64,000 bases of DNA from Mobula hypostoma. Its lineage: Eukaryota. Positions 13,975-26,255 of the stretch are shown piece after piece (position 1 is the first letter of the stretch; every line of letters starts with the position of its first letter). The stretch spans positions 219,482,001 through 219,546,000 of the forward strand of contig NC_086097.1 in NCBI RefSeq assembly GCF_963921235.1. The letters run 5' to 3'. A program made the translations under genes and the position numbers. The notes beneath the pieces are model-generated. The model did no database searches and was not told the origin of the DNA. It saw nothing but the letters and a program-made list of their open reading frames with translations.

Positions 13975-14252
13975 TACACAAATGCAGGAAATCTTGATAA
14001 ACGCACACAAAATGTTGGAGGAGCTCAGCAAGTCAGGCAGTATTGTGCTGATGAAGAATCTCTGTTCAAAACATTGACTGTTTATTCCCCTCCATAAATG
14101 TTCAAGTCAAGTCTAGTCAGGTCTAGTCAAGTCAAGTCAAGTCACTTTTTATTGTCATTTCGACCATAACTGCTGGTACAGTACACAGTAAAAACGAGAC
14201 AATGTTTTTCAGGACCATGGTGTTGCTCGGCATGCTAGCGTTTTGTGTGTGG
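13975..14252. mobile_element. Degenerate fold-back Penelope-derived mini-element interrupted by an (AGTCA)n-tailed fragment (~14102-14225)
   Basis: CACAAAATGTTGGAGGAGCTCAGCA at the left and GCGTTTTGTGTG at the right. A degenerate hammerhead-like CTGATGAAG...CAAAACATTGACT lies at ~14048-14080. Confidence 0.55.
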
Positions 14253-14691
14253 TGCTGCAACAGAATATGTTGCATTTAACATTGAGTTTCTTCTTACTCT
14301 ACCAACATTCTCCTGACTGATAGTGTAGTGTCTATTTTCTCCAGAGCCTCTATTGATTCAGTTCTGCACTTTGATGTTAAATGCTGAAAGATAGGAAACC
14401 AGGAGGAAGGACCAGATGGAGAACAGCAGAGCCTAACCTCTTCCTTGATCCAATTGTGTAAAGTTGGATAGGGAACAGGGATAGGAAGTTGGTCTGATTT
14501 TCCACTACTCCTGAGCAGTGACGTCAACTCTGTTCACCCAGCCAGCACGATTACTGAACTTAATACAGACAGAAGGTAAAATGGACAAAATTGGATAGCT
14601 CAGAAAAATGGGCATGAAGTTTGTGACATAAAAATAGAAAATTCTGGAAATACTCAAAAGATCAGGCAGCATCTATGGACAGAGAAGCAAT

Positions 14692-15225
14692 ATAGAAACA
14701 TAGAAACATAGAAAATAGGTGCAGGAGTAGGCCATTCGGCCCTTCGAGCCTGCACCGCCATTTATTATGATCATGGCTGATCATCCAACTCAGAACCCCG
14801 CCCCAGCCTTCCCTCCATACCCCCTGACCCCCGTAGCCACAAGGGCCATATCTAACTCCCTCTTAAATATAGCCAATGAACTGGCCTCAACAGTTTCCTG
14901 TGGCAGAGAATTCCACAGATTCACCACTCTCTGTGTGAAGAAGTTTTTCCTAATCTCGGTCCTAAAAGGCTTCCCCTCTATCCTCAAACTGTGACCCCTC
15001 GTTCTGGACTTCCCCAACATCGGGAACAATCTTCCTGCATCTAGCCTGTCCAATCCCTTTAGGATCTTATATGTTTCAATCAGATCCCCCCTCAATCTTC
15101 TAAATTCCAACGAGTACAAGCCCAATTCATCCAGTCTTTCTTCATATGAAAGTCCTGCCATCCCAGGAATCAATCTGGTGAACCTTCTTTGTACTCCCTC
15201 TATGGCAAAGATGTCTTTCCTCAGA
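14692..15225 (-). mobile_element. Young 5'-truncated CR1 LINE
   Basis: Uninterrupted ORF2 C-terminus at 14790-15173 (YEERLDELGLYSLEFRRLRGDLIETYK...WNSLP) and a (TTTCTATG)n tail. Confidence 0.95.
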
Positions 15226-16114
15226 TTATATGTCAGGTTGAAGATGTTCTGTCAGGATTGTGATGTTTAATTAAGTCATGTCAATTGTTCCAATGCAGAC
15301 TGAAGACAGGCTCAGTATTTGAAGCATCCAGCGCACCTTGGCTATGCCATTGATTGGCTGGATGCCTGAGAGACAATGAAGAATAGATTAATATGGTTAG
15401 CAGTGAGGCTTTTGCACACAGTGCAGGGGCTGGCGGAGGAAGTAAAGAATTTGAAAGGCATTCTATGTCCTCAAGATACACACACATGTTCCAAATGCAG
15501 CTGAAGAAAAACTATGTCTGTCACTGCCAGTCATCAGAACCTGATGATCTGGATGCAATGCAGCAAGAAATTCATTGACCTCAGACGCATGTTTAATGTC
15601 AGGGAACAGATCTTTAACACTGACGTCCCAGTGCACCATGTTTTGAAGCTAGTTGATTCGTAGCGAGGGGACGATGATTTTGAACCAGTACAGAGAGTTT
15701 CTCCAGCGTGTCTCCAAAGGAGATAGATTCTTCAGAATATCTGATTCCACACTTTATGAAGATTTTTTACATCTACAGAGCCAGTATCCATGTGGCTCAT
15801 TCACAATCACACCCAACTGTCCATTCCTGAAATAACAACTGTGTGAAAGAGAAATCTATGGTGGTTCCTTTTCAGATGCTCCCCATGAAGGATCATAATT
15901 CTGTCTAAACATGTCATCTGTTGATGAAATCCTGAAACACCAATCAAATCAGTACTACATCTCCGGGGAACACAATTCCCTAACCTGGGGATCACGAGAC
16001 CTGGTAGAGTTTGGCCATTGAACACTTCTTCACACACAGCTTGCTGGAGCTTTACAATTCTCTTCCATAAATCCAGTTGCTGATGGCTCAATTAATGATT
16101 TTAAAGCAGACACC

Positions 16115-17905
16115 CCAGATGACTTTTTGGCGGCTGCAATCATCACAAGAAGTCGTTTGCTGGTGGGGCAGGCGAGGTTTAAAAAGAGTTCGGGTGTTTT
16201 AGAACTTTTTAGCAGACTGCAGTCATTTTGAGAAGTCATTCATTGGTGAGGCAGCGCGAGGTTTAAAAACAGCTCAGGACCTTTTGGAATTTTTTGGCGT
16301 GCTGCAATGGTAATGATCTCTTAGGCCAGTGATAAGAAGCAAGGTGTAATGGAGAATCCATTGCTGTGTTAGAGTGGCTAGGCTTTGACTCAATGGGCTT
16401 AGGTGAGAACAGGCACAGGCTAGAACTCAAGCTTGAGAAGTTAGAGGGACAGCAAATGTAGACAGGATGCGAGTTCAGGCAATGGAATGCTCCTCCTGGG
16501 AGATATGGGATTTCAGGCTACCGAACAGACTCCCTGATGTCTACCACTGCAGGAAGTGCACCCAAATCAGCTCCTAACTGATGACGGCAAGGAACTGGAG
16601 CTCAAGCTGGACATACACAGGATTATCCAGGAGGCCGAAAACCTTGAAGATGAGACTTTTACCGAGGTGGGCACACACAGAGTGCAGGTTTCAGATAGCA
16701 GGTGGGTGACCACCAGGAGACGTAAACAGTCGGTCCTGGGTTTTCCTGTGGCCATTTCCCACAGCAACAAGTATGGATACTGCTGGCAAGGTGAGGGGGT
16801 GGCGGAGGGGAAATCACCTATCAGGGCCCGGCAGCAGCAGCCAGGACAGTGGCAGGGTGGCAGGCTCTGAGGCTCAGCAGGGAAGGGTAAAGTCAAGCGG
16901 ATTGATAGAGATAGGAGACTCGATAGTTAGGAAGACCAACAAGAGATTTGGTGGGCCGCAAAAGAAACACCAGGAAGATGTGCTGCATCCCTGGTGCTAG
17001 GGCCCAGGATGTCTCAGAGCAGCTGCAGAAGGTTCTCAAGAGGGAAGGTGAGCAGCCAGAGACCATGGTGCATAATGGCACCAGTGACATGGGTAGAAAG
17101 GGGGAACGGGTCCTGCACAGTGAGTAGAGGCAGAAGAGAAGGACCTCTAGGGTAGTAAACTCTGGGTTACTCCCGTATCACGTGCTAGTCAGGGTAGAAA
17201 TAGGATGATAATACAGACAGTGGCTGAGGCAATGGAGCAGTGGGGCAGGGTTTCAGATTTCTGGATCACTGGGATCTCTTTGGGGCAGGTATGACCTGTA
17301 CAAAAAGGACAGGTTACACTTGAACCTGAGGGGGGACCAGTATCCTTGCAAGCAGGTTTTCTAGAGCTTCTGGGCATGGTTCTAAACTAATTTGGCAGGA
17401 GGCAGGGAACCAGAATGAGAGGGCTGAGGAAGGGGCAGTTGGTTTACAAGTCGATGCATTATGTATTGAGACAGTGAGGAAGGACAGGTAGATGATAGGG
17501 AAAAATTGCACTCAGTGGTTTAATTTGAAGTGTAAGATGGGGGCAAAATTGAAAAGGGTGATGAAAACAGGACTGAAAGAGTGATATTGGAATGCAAGCA
17601 GTATAGCAAATAAGGTAGATGATCTTGTAGCACAGTTAGAGATTGAGGGGTGTGGTGTTGAGGCCATCACTAAGTACTGGCTGAAAGAAGATCATATTTG
17701 GGAGCTTCAACAGGAAAGGCAGATGGGCTAGGGTGGCAATGTTGGTAAAAAATGAAATCAAATCCTTAGACAGAGGTGACATAGGATTGGAAGATGTAGA
17801 ATCTTTGTGGATAGAGTTAAGTAACGACAAGGGTAAAAAGACCCTAATGGAAGTTATATACTGTTCACCAAACAGTAACCAGGATGTGGGATATAAGTCA
17901 CAACC
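16115..17905 (+). mobile_element. CR1 LINE 5' part: 5' UTR with ~83-bp tandem repeats, ORF1 (zinc finger + SGNH esterase) and start of the ORF2 endonuclease
   Basis: Decayed CSSWEIW...YHCRKCTQ (~16480-16565), then IGDSIVR (~16911), HNGTSD and DRLHLN (SGNH blocks). Endonuclease-like sequence follows from ~17570. Confidence 0.85.
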
Positions 17906-17954
17906 ATAAGACATAGGAGCAGAATTAGGCTATTCGGCCTATCGAGTTATCCTT

Positions 17955-20900
17955 GGGGGCAGGTGCCCTAGAGCTATTGAGGAAGGTTTAAACTAATTTT
18001 GTAGCAGGATGGGAACTGGAGGGATAGGGCTGAGGATGGGACAGTTGGTAAACAAGTCGAAGCAGTATGTTGATAGATAGATACTTTATTGATTCCGAAG
18101 AAAATTAGTGTCACAGTAGCATTAGAAGTGCACAGATATAAATATTAGAAGAGAATTAGAAAGAATAAAAAATAAGTTACCACAAACAGTCTAACAGGAG
18201 GGGGATATCACTTACCTGACTATAGGTTGACTCATTACAGAGCCTAATGGCTGAGGGTAAGAATGCCCCCCTATAAAGCTCTTCGGAAAAGCGCTGTTGT
18301 CTTAGTCTATTATTAAAAGTGTTCATCTGTTCAGCCAAGGTGGCATGCAGAGGGTGAGAAACATTGTCCAGAATTGCCAGGATTTTCTGTAGGGTCCTTT
18401 GTTCTATCTCCAGCATGAGACTGTGAGGAAGGACAGGCTTCCTTGCAGTAAGTGAGATGAGTTGAACTGTAATCTGGGGGCAAAATCAAACAGAGCGATG
18501 AAAACATGATTGAAGGCTTTGACTTGAATTCATGCAATTTACGGAATAAGGTAGATGATCTTGCAGTGCAATTAGAAATTGGCAGTTATGATACTGTGGA
18601 CATCACAGTCGTAGCTGAAAGATCAAAGTAGGGAGGCTAACATGCAAGGTTTCACATTGTGTCGAAAGGACAGGCAAGTAGGCAGAGTTGATGTGGCACT
18701 GTTGGTAAAAAATGAAATCAAATCCTTAAAAAGAGATGACATAGGATCAAAAGATGTAGAAAATTGTGGGCAGAATTAAAAATCTGCAAGGGTGAAATGA
18801 CCCTGATGGGAGTTATATACAGGCTTCTGAATAGATGCCAGCATGTAGGATATAAATTACAAAGGAGAAAGAAAAGGCACATAATAAAGGTAAGGTTATG
18901 ATAGTCATGGGGGATTTCAATATGCAGATAAATTGAGAAAATTAGGTTGGTGCTGGATCCCAGAAAATGGAATCTGTAGAATGGCTTTTCAGAACAGCTT
19001 GTGGTTGAACCCACAAGGAGAAAGACAATTCTGGATTGGGTGATGTGCAACAAATCAGATTTGATTACGGAGCTTAAGGTAAAGAAATCCATAGGAGACA
19101 ATGATCATAATATGATAGAGGTCACCATGCAGTTTGAGACTGAGAAGATAAAGTCAGATGTTACTACATTCCAGTGGAGTAAAGGAATTACAAAGGCATG
19201 AGAGAGAAGCTGACCAAAATTGATTGGAAAGGGACACTCTCAAGGATGACAGCAGAATAGCAATGGAAGGGGTTTCTGGGGGCAATTTGGAAGTCAAGGA
19301 TACATTGATCCCAAAGAAGAAAAAGTATACAAAATGGAAGATGAGGCAATTGTGGCTGATAGGAAGTCAAAGACAGCATAAAAGGAAAAGAGGGGATATA
19401 TAGCAAAATAACTGGGGAGATAGACAATTGGGAAGCTTTTAAAAACCAACAGAAGGTATCTAAAAGCCATAAGGAGAGAAAAAAAATGAAATATGAAGGT
19501 AAGCTAGCAAATAATATAAAAGAGGATACCATTTTTTTCAGATTGTTAAAGAGAAAAAGAGAGGTGAGAGTGTATCTGCTAGCAAATAATGCTGGAGAGG
19601 TAGTAATGGTGAACAAAGAAATGGCAGACAAATATAATAATTATTTTGTGACAGTCTTCATTATGGAAGATACAAACAGTATGCCAGAAATTTGAGAGTG
19701 TCAGGGGGCAGAAGTGCATGTAGGTACTTGGAAAACTGAAAGTTGTGAAGGTAGATAAGTCAGCTGGACTGGATGGACTACACCCAAGGGTTCTGAAAGA
19801 GGTAGCTGAAGAGATTGTGGAGGCATTGGTAATGAATTACTAGATTCTGGAATGGTTCCAGAGGACTGGAAAATTGCAAATGTCACTCCACTCTTTAGTT
19901 AGGAAGAGAGGCAGAAGAAAGGAAATTATAGACTAGTTAGCCTGACTACAGTGGCTGGAAAGATGCTTGAGTCCATTATCAAGAATGAGGTGTCAGTGTA
20001 CTTGACTGCGGATGATAAAGTAGGGCAAAGTCAGCATAGTTTTCTCAAAGGAAAATCTTGTCTGACAAATCTGTTGGAATTTAAGGCAATAACAGACAGG
20101 ATAGACAAAGGAGAGTCAGTAACTGTTGTTTACTTGGATTTTCAGAAGGCCTTTGACAAGGTGATGCTCATGCAGCTGCTTAGAAGATAAGACTCCATGG
20201 TATTATAGAAGATTGGCTAACTGGCAGAAGGCAGGAGTGGGAATGAAGAAGGCCTATTCTGTTTGGAGCTGGTTACTAGTGGTATTCTGCAGTGGTCAGT
20301 ATTGGGATTGTTTCTTTTCACATTATATGTCAACAATCTGAATGACGGAATTGATGGCTTTGTGGCCAAGTTTGCAGAGAATACAAAGATTGGTGGAGGA
20401 GGGGCAGGTGGTTTTGAGGAAGCAGAAGGACCTAGACAGATTAGAAAAATGGGCATGAAATGGCAGATGGAATATGGTGTCATGGTCATGCACTTTGGTA
20501 GAAGGAATAAAGGCATAGACTATTTTCTAAATAGGGAGAAAATTTAGAGGTGCATAGGGACTTGGGAGTCCTTGTGCAGGATTCACTAAAGATTAACTTG
20601 CAGGTTGAGTCAGTGGTAAGGAAGCAAATGCAATGTTAGCATTCATTTTGAGGAGACTGGAATATATAGAACAAGTATATGTTAGAACATAGAACATAGA
20701 ATAGTACGGCACAGTACGCACCTTTGGCCCACAATGTTGTGCCGACCCAATGTTGCTTAGGCTTTATAAGGCATTGGTCAGACTGCATGGAGTACTGTGA
20801 GCAGCTCTCCCCCCTTATCTAAGAAATGATGTGCTCACATTAGAGAGAGTACAGAGATGGTTCACGAAAGTGATTCCAGGAAGGAAGGGTTAATGAGTGC

Positions 20901-21312
20901 TTGATGGTTCTGGGCCTCTTCTCACTGGAGTTTAGAAGAATGAGGAGGGATCTCATTGAAACCTATTAAATATTGAATGGCCTAGGTAGAGTGGATGTGA
21001 GGAGGCTGTTTCTTTTAGTGGATTAGTCTAGGACAAGAGGGCACAGTCTTAAAATATAGGGACATCCATTTAGAACAGAGATGAGGTGGGATTTCTTTAG
21101 CCAGAGGGTGGTGAACCTGTGGAATTCACTGCCGTGGACAGCTGAGGCTGAGTTATTGAGAATATTTTTAACGCGGGGGTTAAGAGGTTCTTGACTAGTC
21201 TGAGCATCAAAGGTTATGGGGAGAAGGCAGGACAATTTTGTTGAGAGGGATAATAAATCAGCCAAGATGGAATGGCTGAAGGTCAAATGGCCTAATTTTG
21301 CTCCTATGTCTA
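17955..21312 (+). mobile_element. CR1 LINE ORF2 (APE endonuclease + RT) to the 3' tail, decayed, with nested insertions
   Basis: MGDFN, VEPTRRKTILDWV, QHSFLKGKSCLTNLLEF, YLDFQKAFDKV and AKFAENTKIG. It starts with sequence that repeats ~17350-17470, so it is probably a second copy. A short CR1 tail is inserted at ~20683-20748. Confidence 0.9.
18072..18415 (-). mobile_element. Rex1/Babar-like LINE 3' fragment nested in CR1
   Basis: EQRTLQKILAILDNVSHPLH...FLPSAIRL with a (TATC)n tail. Same family as 58130-58815. Confidence 0.75.
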
Positions 21313-21356
21313 GGCCAGGCAAAATGAATGGAATTCAATAACTGCCGAGCCATGAT

Positions 21357-21675
21357 TTCACTGAGTGGCAGAACTGCCCAATGGCACCTGTGCTCTCCTT
21401 CCATCTGACCTCTTTACTTCTCCCTTCTGGATCATCTTCAACGCCAGCACATTCTTTCTTAGATATGAGGCCCAAAGCTGCTCACAATGCTCCAGTGTGA
21501 CCAATGCCTTATAAAACCTCAGTATTACTTTGTTGTTTTTATCCTCTAGTCCTCTGGAAATGAATGCTAAAATAGCATTTGCCTTCCTTAGTACCGACTC
21601 AGTCCGTAAGTTAACCTCTAGGGAATTCTGCCCAAGGACTTCCAAGACCTACTAGTCTGAATTTGCTCCCTGTTT
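21357..21675 (-). mobile_element. CR1 LINE fragment
   Basis: KANAILAFISRGLE...FYKALV. Confidence 0.85.
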
Positions 21676-22928
21676 AGGATCCAGACACACAGAAAGCCTT
21701 CTTTTACCACTGTATTGAGAGATGGCTTTCTGTGGACAATTGTGTGTATGCATTCAGCTGCCCTTGTTTTAGATTGAATCCCAGTTCTTGTTTGTGTTAA
21801 CTGGCTGCTGCCCCCATCCTATAACTCCTAAAAGACATTACATGCCTAGTAAACACTGAATTGACTTTAGATTTTTGAATTTTATCCATCCTGTCCATCC
21901 TAGCAAGTTGAAGTTATTCCTGGATTCTTGAGTGTTGACTGAATGAGAGCATTTCCTGTTTACAGATATCATAGTGGTCTTGTTTGGGTCCTTGATAAGT
22001 TAAATCGGTGATGCTTGGCTATTAAGCCTGCCTTATGGCTAAAGGTTCTGTGTCTTCCTGCACTGCTGTTCACCACTATTCATGGGCAAAGAATCAAAAG
22101 TTATTCCCTCCCAACCAAAGACCTCTGTAATCTTCTTGGTCAATGTTTGACTAGTGTTGCAAGTATCCTCACTGGCGGCGTGACAGGTTCTAGAGGCCTG
22201 GGCAATCTTCTAACAGGCAGGACTGATGTGTAGGTACAAAGATCAGGTTTCGACTGACTGCTTACAGTGTCCCTGAGGAAATGACGTGGGCAGGCAGCTG
22301 TATTTGGATCAGAGGGGGTGGCTGCAAGACATTCTTCAAGGTCAATGTTAAATGTGTGTGTTGCTCTTTCCCCACCACTGGCCAGTCCAGGGCAACCCCT
22401 GGCAGGTCCAATGGAATGCCCGGACCGTGCACTGTGGTTCTGGCTGAGGTGAAAGAATGCTGCTTAACTCTATGTCTGTTGGAGAAAAGCCTCACACAGG
22501 AAGAACCCTAACAGCAACCCACAGGAGAAACTCCTGCGCAAGCAATTAAGCAGAAACATCAGTGCAGCTGCTCTTCTACAGCAGTGAGAAGCAGCCTTCC
22601 AGAAACTACAGGTCCCGTCTATAAGTACTGCCAGGCACCAGATCACAGAAGGATTCTCACAGGAAGAATTGACAATGGCTTGGATCTTTTTTTTTGGGCT
22701 GCACAAATTTTACAAACATTTCAATTCCCTTCTAGAGTCAGGACAACAAGGATGCCCATGTTCCCACAAACCCTCCTGCTGAAGTTCCTCCTTGAGGAAC
22801 TTATTCCTTATTGAGCAACCATACACAAATTTACCTGCTGTGGTTTTGCAAAATTACTCCTGTTCCTCATCTATGAAACTGAGAGCAACTTTGCACTCAG
22901 TGATTCACCATGTATCTGTGCTATTCAC

Positions 22929-24025
22929 GCACATATGCTCTCACTCCATCCTCCCGCCACCCCACTAGGAATAGGGCTCCCCTGGTCCTCACCTACTACC
23001 CCACCAGCCTCCGGGTCCAACATATTATTCTCTGTAACTTCCGCCACCTCCAACGGGATCCCACCACTAAGCATATCTTTCCCTTCCCCACCCCCCATCT
23101 CTCTGCTTTCCGCAGGGATCGCTCCCTACGCGACTTCCTTGTCCATTCGTCCCCCCCATCCCTCCCCACTGATCTCCCTCCTGGCACTTATCCGTGTAAG
23201 CGGAACAAGTGCTACACATGCCCTTACACTTCCTCCCTTACCACCATTCAGGGCCCCAGACAGTCCTCCCAGGTGAGGCATCACTTCACCTGTGAGTCGA
23301 CTGGGGTGATATACTGCGTCCGGTGCTCCCGATGTGGCCTTTTATATATTGGCGAGACCTGATGCAGACTGGGAGACCGTTTTGCTGAACACCTACGCTC
23401 TGTCTGCCAGAGAAAGCAGGATCTCCCAGTGGTCACACATTTTAATTCCACATTCCATTCCCATTCTGACATGTCTATCCACGGCCTCCTCTACTGTAAA
23501 GATGAAGCCACACTCAGGTTGGAGGAACAACACCCTATATTCCGTCTGGGTAGCCTCCAACCTGATGGTATGAACATTGAGTTATCTAACTTCTGCTAAT
23601 GCCCCACCTCCCCCTCGTAACCCATCCGTTATTTATAACCACACATTCTTTCTCTCACTCTCCTTTTTCTCCCTCTGTCCCTCTGACTATGCCCCTTGCC
23701 CATCCTCTGGGATTGCCCCCCCCGCCCCTTTTCCTTCTCCCTGGGCCTCCTGTCCCATGATCCTCTCATATCCCTTTTGCCAATCACCTGTCCAGCTCTT
23801 GGCTCCATCCCTCCCCCTCCTGTCTTCTCCTATCATTTTGGATCTCCCCCTCCCTCTCCCACTTTTAAATCTCTTACTAGCTCTTTCTTCAGTTAGTCCT
23901 GACGAAGGGTCTCGGCCTGAAACGTCGACTGTACCTCTTCCTAGAGATGCTGCCTGACCTGCTGCGTTCACCAGCAACTTTGATGTGTGTTGCTTGAATT
24001 TCCAGCATCTGCAGAATTCCTCGTG
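22929..24025 (+). mobile_element. Penelope-like element, 5'-truncated (GIY-YIG endonuclease + 3' repeat)
   Basis: PGTYPCKRNKCYTC...VIYCVRCSRCGLLYIGET followed by a premature TGA. The 14-bp direct repeat TCTGTGCTATTCAC lies at 22915-22928 and 24026-24039. Confidence 0.95.
23895..23930 (+). ncRNA. Minimal hammerhead ribozyme motif (PLE type), core intact
   Basis: AGTC-CTGACGA-AGG-GTCTCGG-CCT-GAAA-C-GTC-GACT: stem I AGTC/GACT, stem II AGG/CCT, palindromic ACGT in place of stem III, and a GUC cleavage triplet. Confidence 0.8.
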
Positions 24026-25064
24026 TCTGTGCTATTCACAGCTTTTGCCACTGCACTTAATGAAAGCTGCTTGAACTGATGTGAATTTAAGCATTGTACA
24101 AATTGTCATCACTGCAGAGCAGGCCTATCACCTCCTTGCTTCAAACCCAGTTAAGAGTAGTGGAGAAATGAAAATGGAAAATGTGCATCTTTTTCCATTT
24201 ACATAAATTAAATTCATCATCCAATATATAATGAAATTGCTTTACAGCAGCTATATATTTTCTTTTGTTTCTTTGGAGAAATGTTCAAATTTCACTTTCC
24301 CCTTGGCTGTGAAAAAGCAGTAAGGATATATGATTACTTAAAATCTAAATTCCATCTGTTGGCTAAGTAACGTATTGGAGCTCCAATTGATCGGATGGAA
24401 GCCTCTTGCCTGTTGTCTCCACGGAATCCATAAGGAAGCTTGCAAGCATGCTGTGGGATTTAATGGTAGCTGTGTATAGCTGATGATGTAACTACTGTGG
24501 AAGTAGAAGTTTTCTTTCTTCAATTGTCAGGCTACACAAGGATTGAAAAATGTTCAATTCAACTAATTAACATTGGAATCTACCCTGCAGTATTTGTTCC
24601 ACACAGTAGATAGGACCATCCTGTCCTTTGGTTTCTCTGCTGAAATTCATTCATGTTGAATGGTGAACCATAAATGGAGTTCACACCAGATCCTTCTTTG
24701 CTGAAAATGAATCTCAAGACAGTATATGGTAACATAAATATACTTTGAACTTTGAACTTCAGCTGGAGATCCATACATATCATCATATTAGCACTGAAGA
24801 GAATGCACCTTGTTCTTCAATTTTCTAAGCATGCAATGATATGACTAATCGGGCAATGGGACCACACAGTAATCTTCATTCCTCTGTATTAAGGAAGTAA
24901 GGTTTCTCCCAATCTCCTGCTCATGATTAACACCAGTAATCCATGGGGAAAATGTGTTGTATGAATAATTAAGCAAAGATGAAATTGATCAACATATCAC
25001 TAGCCTGGAGTCAACATCTTCAGAAAAGATCAATGACAAACTTGTATTTGGATAGAATCATGAG

Positions 25065-25545
25065 GTTATCAAACACTAGAGCTCAGAAAAGGCCATTTGG
25101 CCCATATATTCAATGCCAAACTATTATTCTGCCTGGTCCCATTGATCTGCACCCGGACCATAGCCCTCCATACCCCTCACAGGTATACCATCTAATATAC
25201 AATTCCCCTTAAGCGTAGAAATCGAATCTGCGTCTGTTATTCCCCTGACACTCTCACCACCACCTGAGTGAAAAAGTTCTCCCTCATGTTCCCTTTAAGC
25301 ATTTCACCCTTCACCCTTAACTTGTGACCTGTAGTCTCACCTCACCTCAGTGGAAAAAGCCTGCTTGCATTTACCCTATCCATACCTCTCATAATTTTGT
25401 ATAGCTCTATCAAATCTCCCCGACACTCTAGGGGAAAAAATTCTAACCTATTCGCCTATAACTCAGGTCTTCAAGTCCCCGCAGCATCCTTGTAAACTTG
25501 CTCTGCACTCTTTCAATCTTATTGATATCTTTCCAATGTAGAGCC
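25065..25545 (-). mobile_element. CR1 LINE 3' end
   Basis: HWKDINKIERVQSKFTRMLRGLEDLSY. Confidence 0.8.
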
Positions 25546-25884
25546 ATTAACATGAGAAAATGTCCCAATACCGACCACTGCTGAGCGCAGGTCAGCAGGG
25601 AAACTGAGTGAGTGGGTTTGACACACGACAGGATATGGAGCTCAAGCATTCAAGTGAAAAGCGATGGATAACGATTGCAGGAGCAGGTGAGCTGATGCAG
25701 TGATGAGGAGGAGAGATCTTACTGAGGTAGAGGAAGGCAATCTTCGTTATGACAAAAAAATACAGCTACAGCATAAACAGGAGACATTTTGACCTATTAT
25801 CTATTCCACTGTTTTATAATAGTTATGTAATTCCCTGTTTTTTCCAAGCAATTATGTTCCATTTTTCCTGCCATGTGCATTTAC

Positions 25885-26250
25885 TACACAAAGTAAAAAT
25901 TATATCTAAGTATGTATATGCTACCATATACTACCCTGAGATTTATTTTCTTGCAGGCATTTACAGGAAACTGAAGAAATACAACAGAACTTACAAAGAA
26001 AGTACACATAAACAAAAACTGACAAACAACCAATGTGCAAAAGTAGACAAAGTGTGAAAATTATAAAATAATAATACTGAGAGCATGAGTTGTACAGAGT
26101 CCTTCAAAGTTAATTCGTAACTTGTATCGTCAACTCAGATTTGTGGTGAGTGAAGTTATCCACACCCGTTCAAGAGCCTGATGTTTGTAGGGTAATAACT
26201 GTTCTTGAATCTGGTAATGTTGGACCTAAGGCTTCATGCCTCATGCCTGA
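25885..26250 (-). mobile_element. Rex1/L2-type LINE 3' end
   Basis: Shares GAGCCTGAT...GGGTAATAACTGTTCTTGAATCT and 3' UTR motifs with the copies at ~42300-43095 and ~54110-54440. Confidence 0.6.
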
Positions 26251-26255
26251 TGGTA

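Noticed and set aside
15393..15835. ORFs 15393-15578 and 15653-15835 as host exons
   Set aside because: No coherent splice structure, and an alternative frame gives an RT-like remnant (FIDLRRMF).
23577..23977. Pro/Ser-rich and Gly/Arg-rich ORFs (also 53676-54065 and 61533-62913)
   Set aside because: Translations of the pyrimidine-rich Penelope 3' repeat and its complement.
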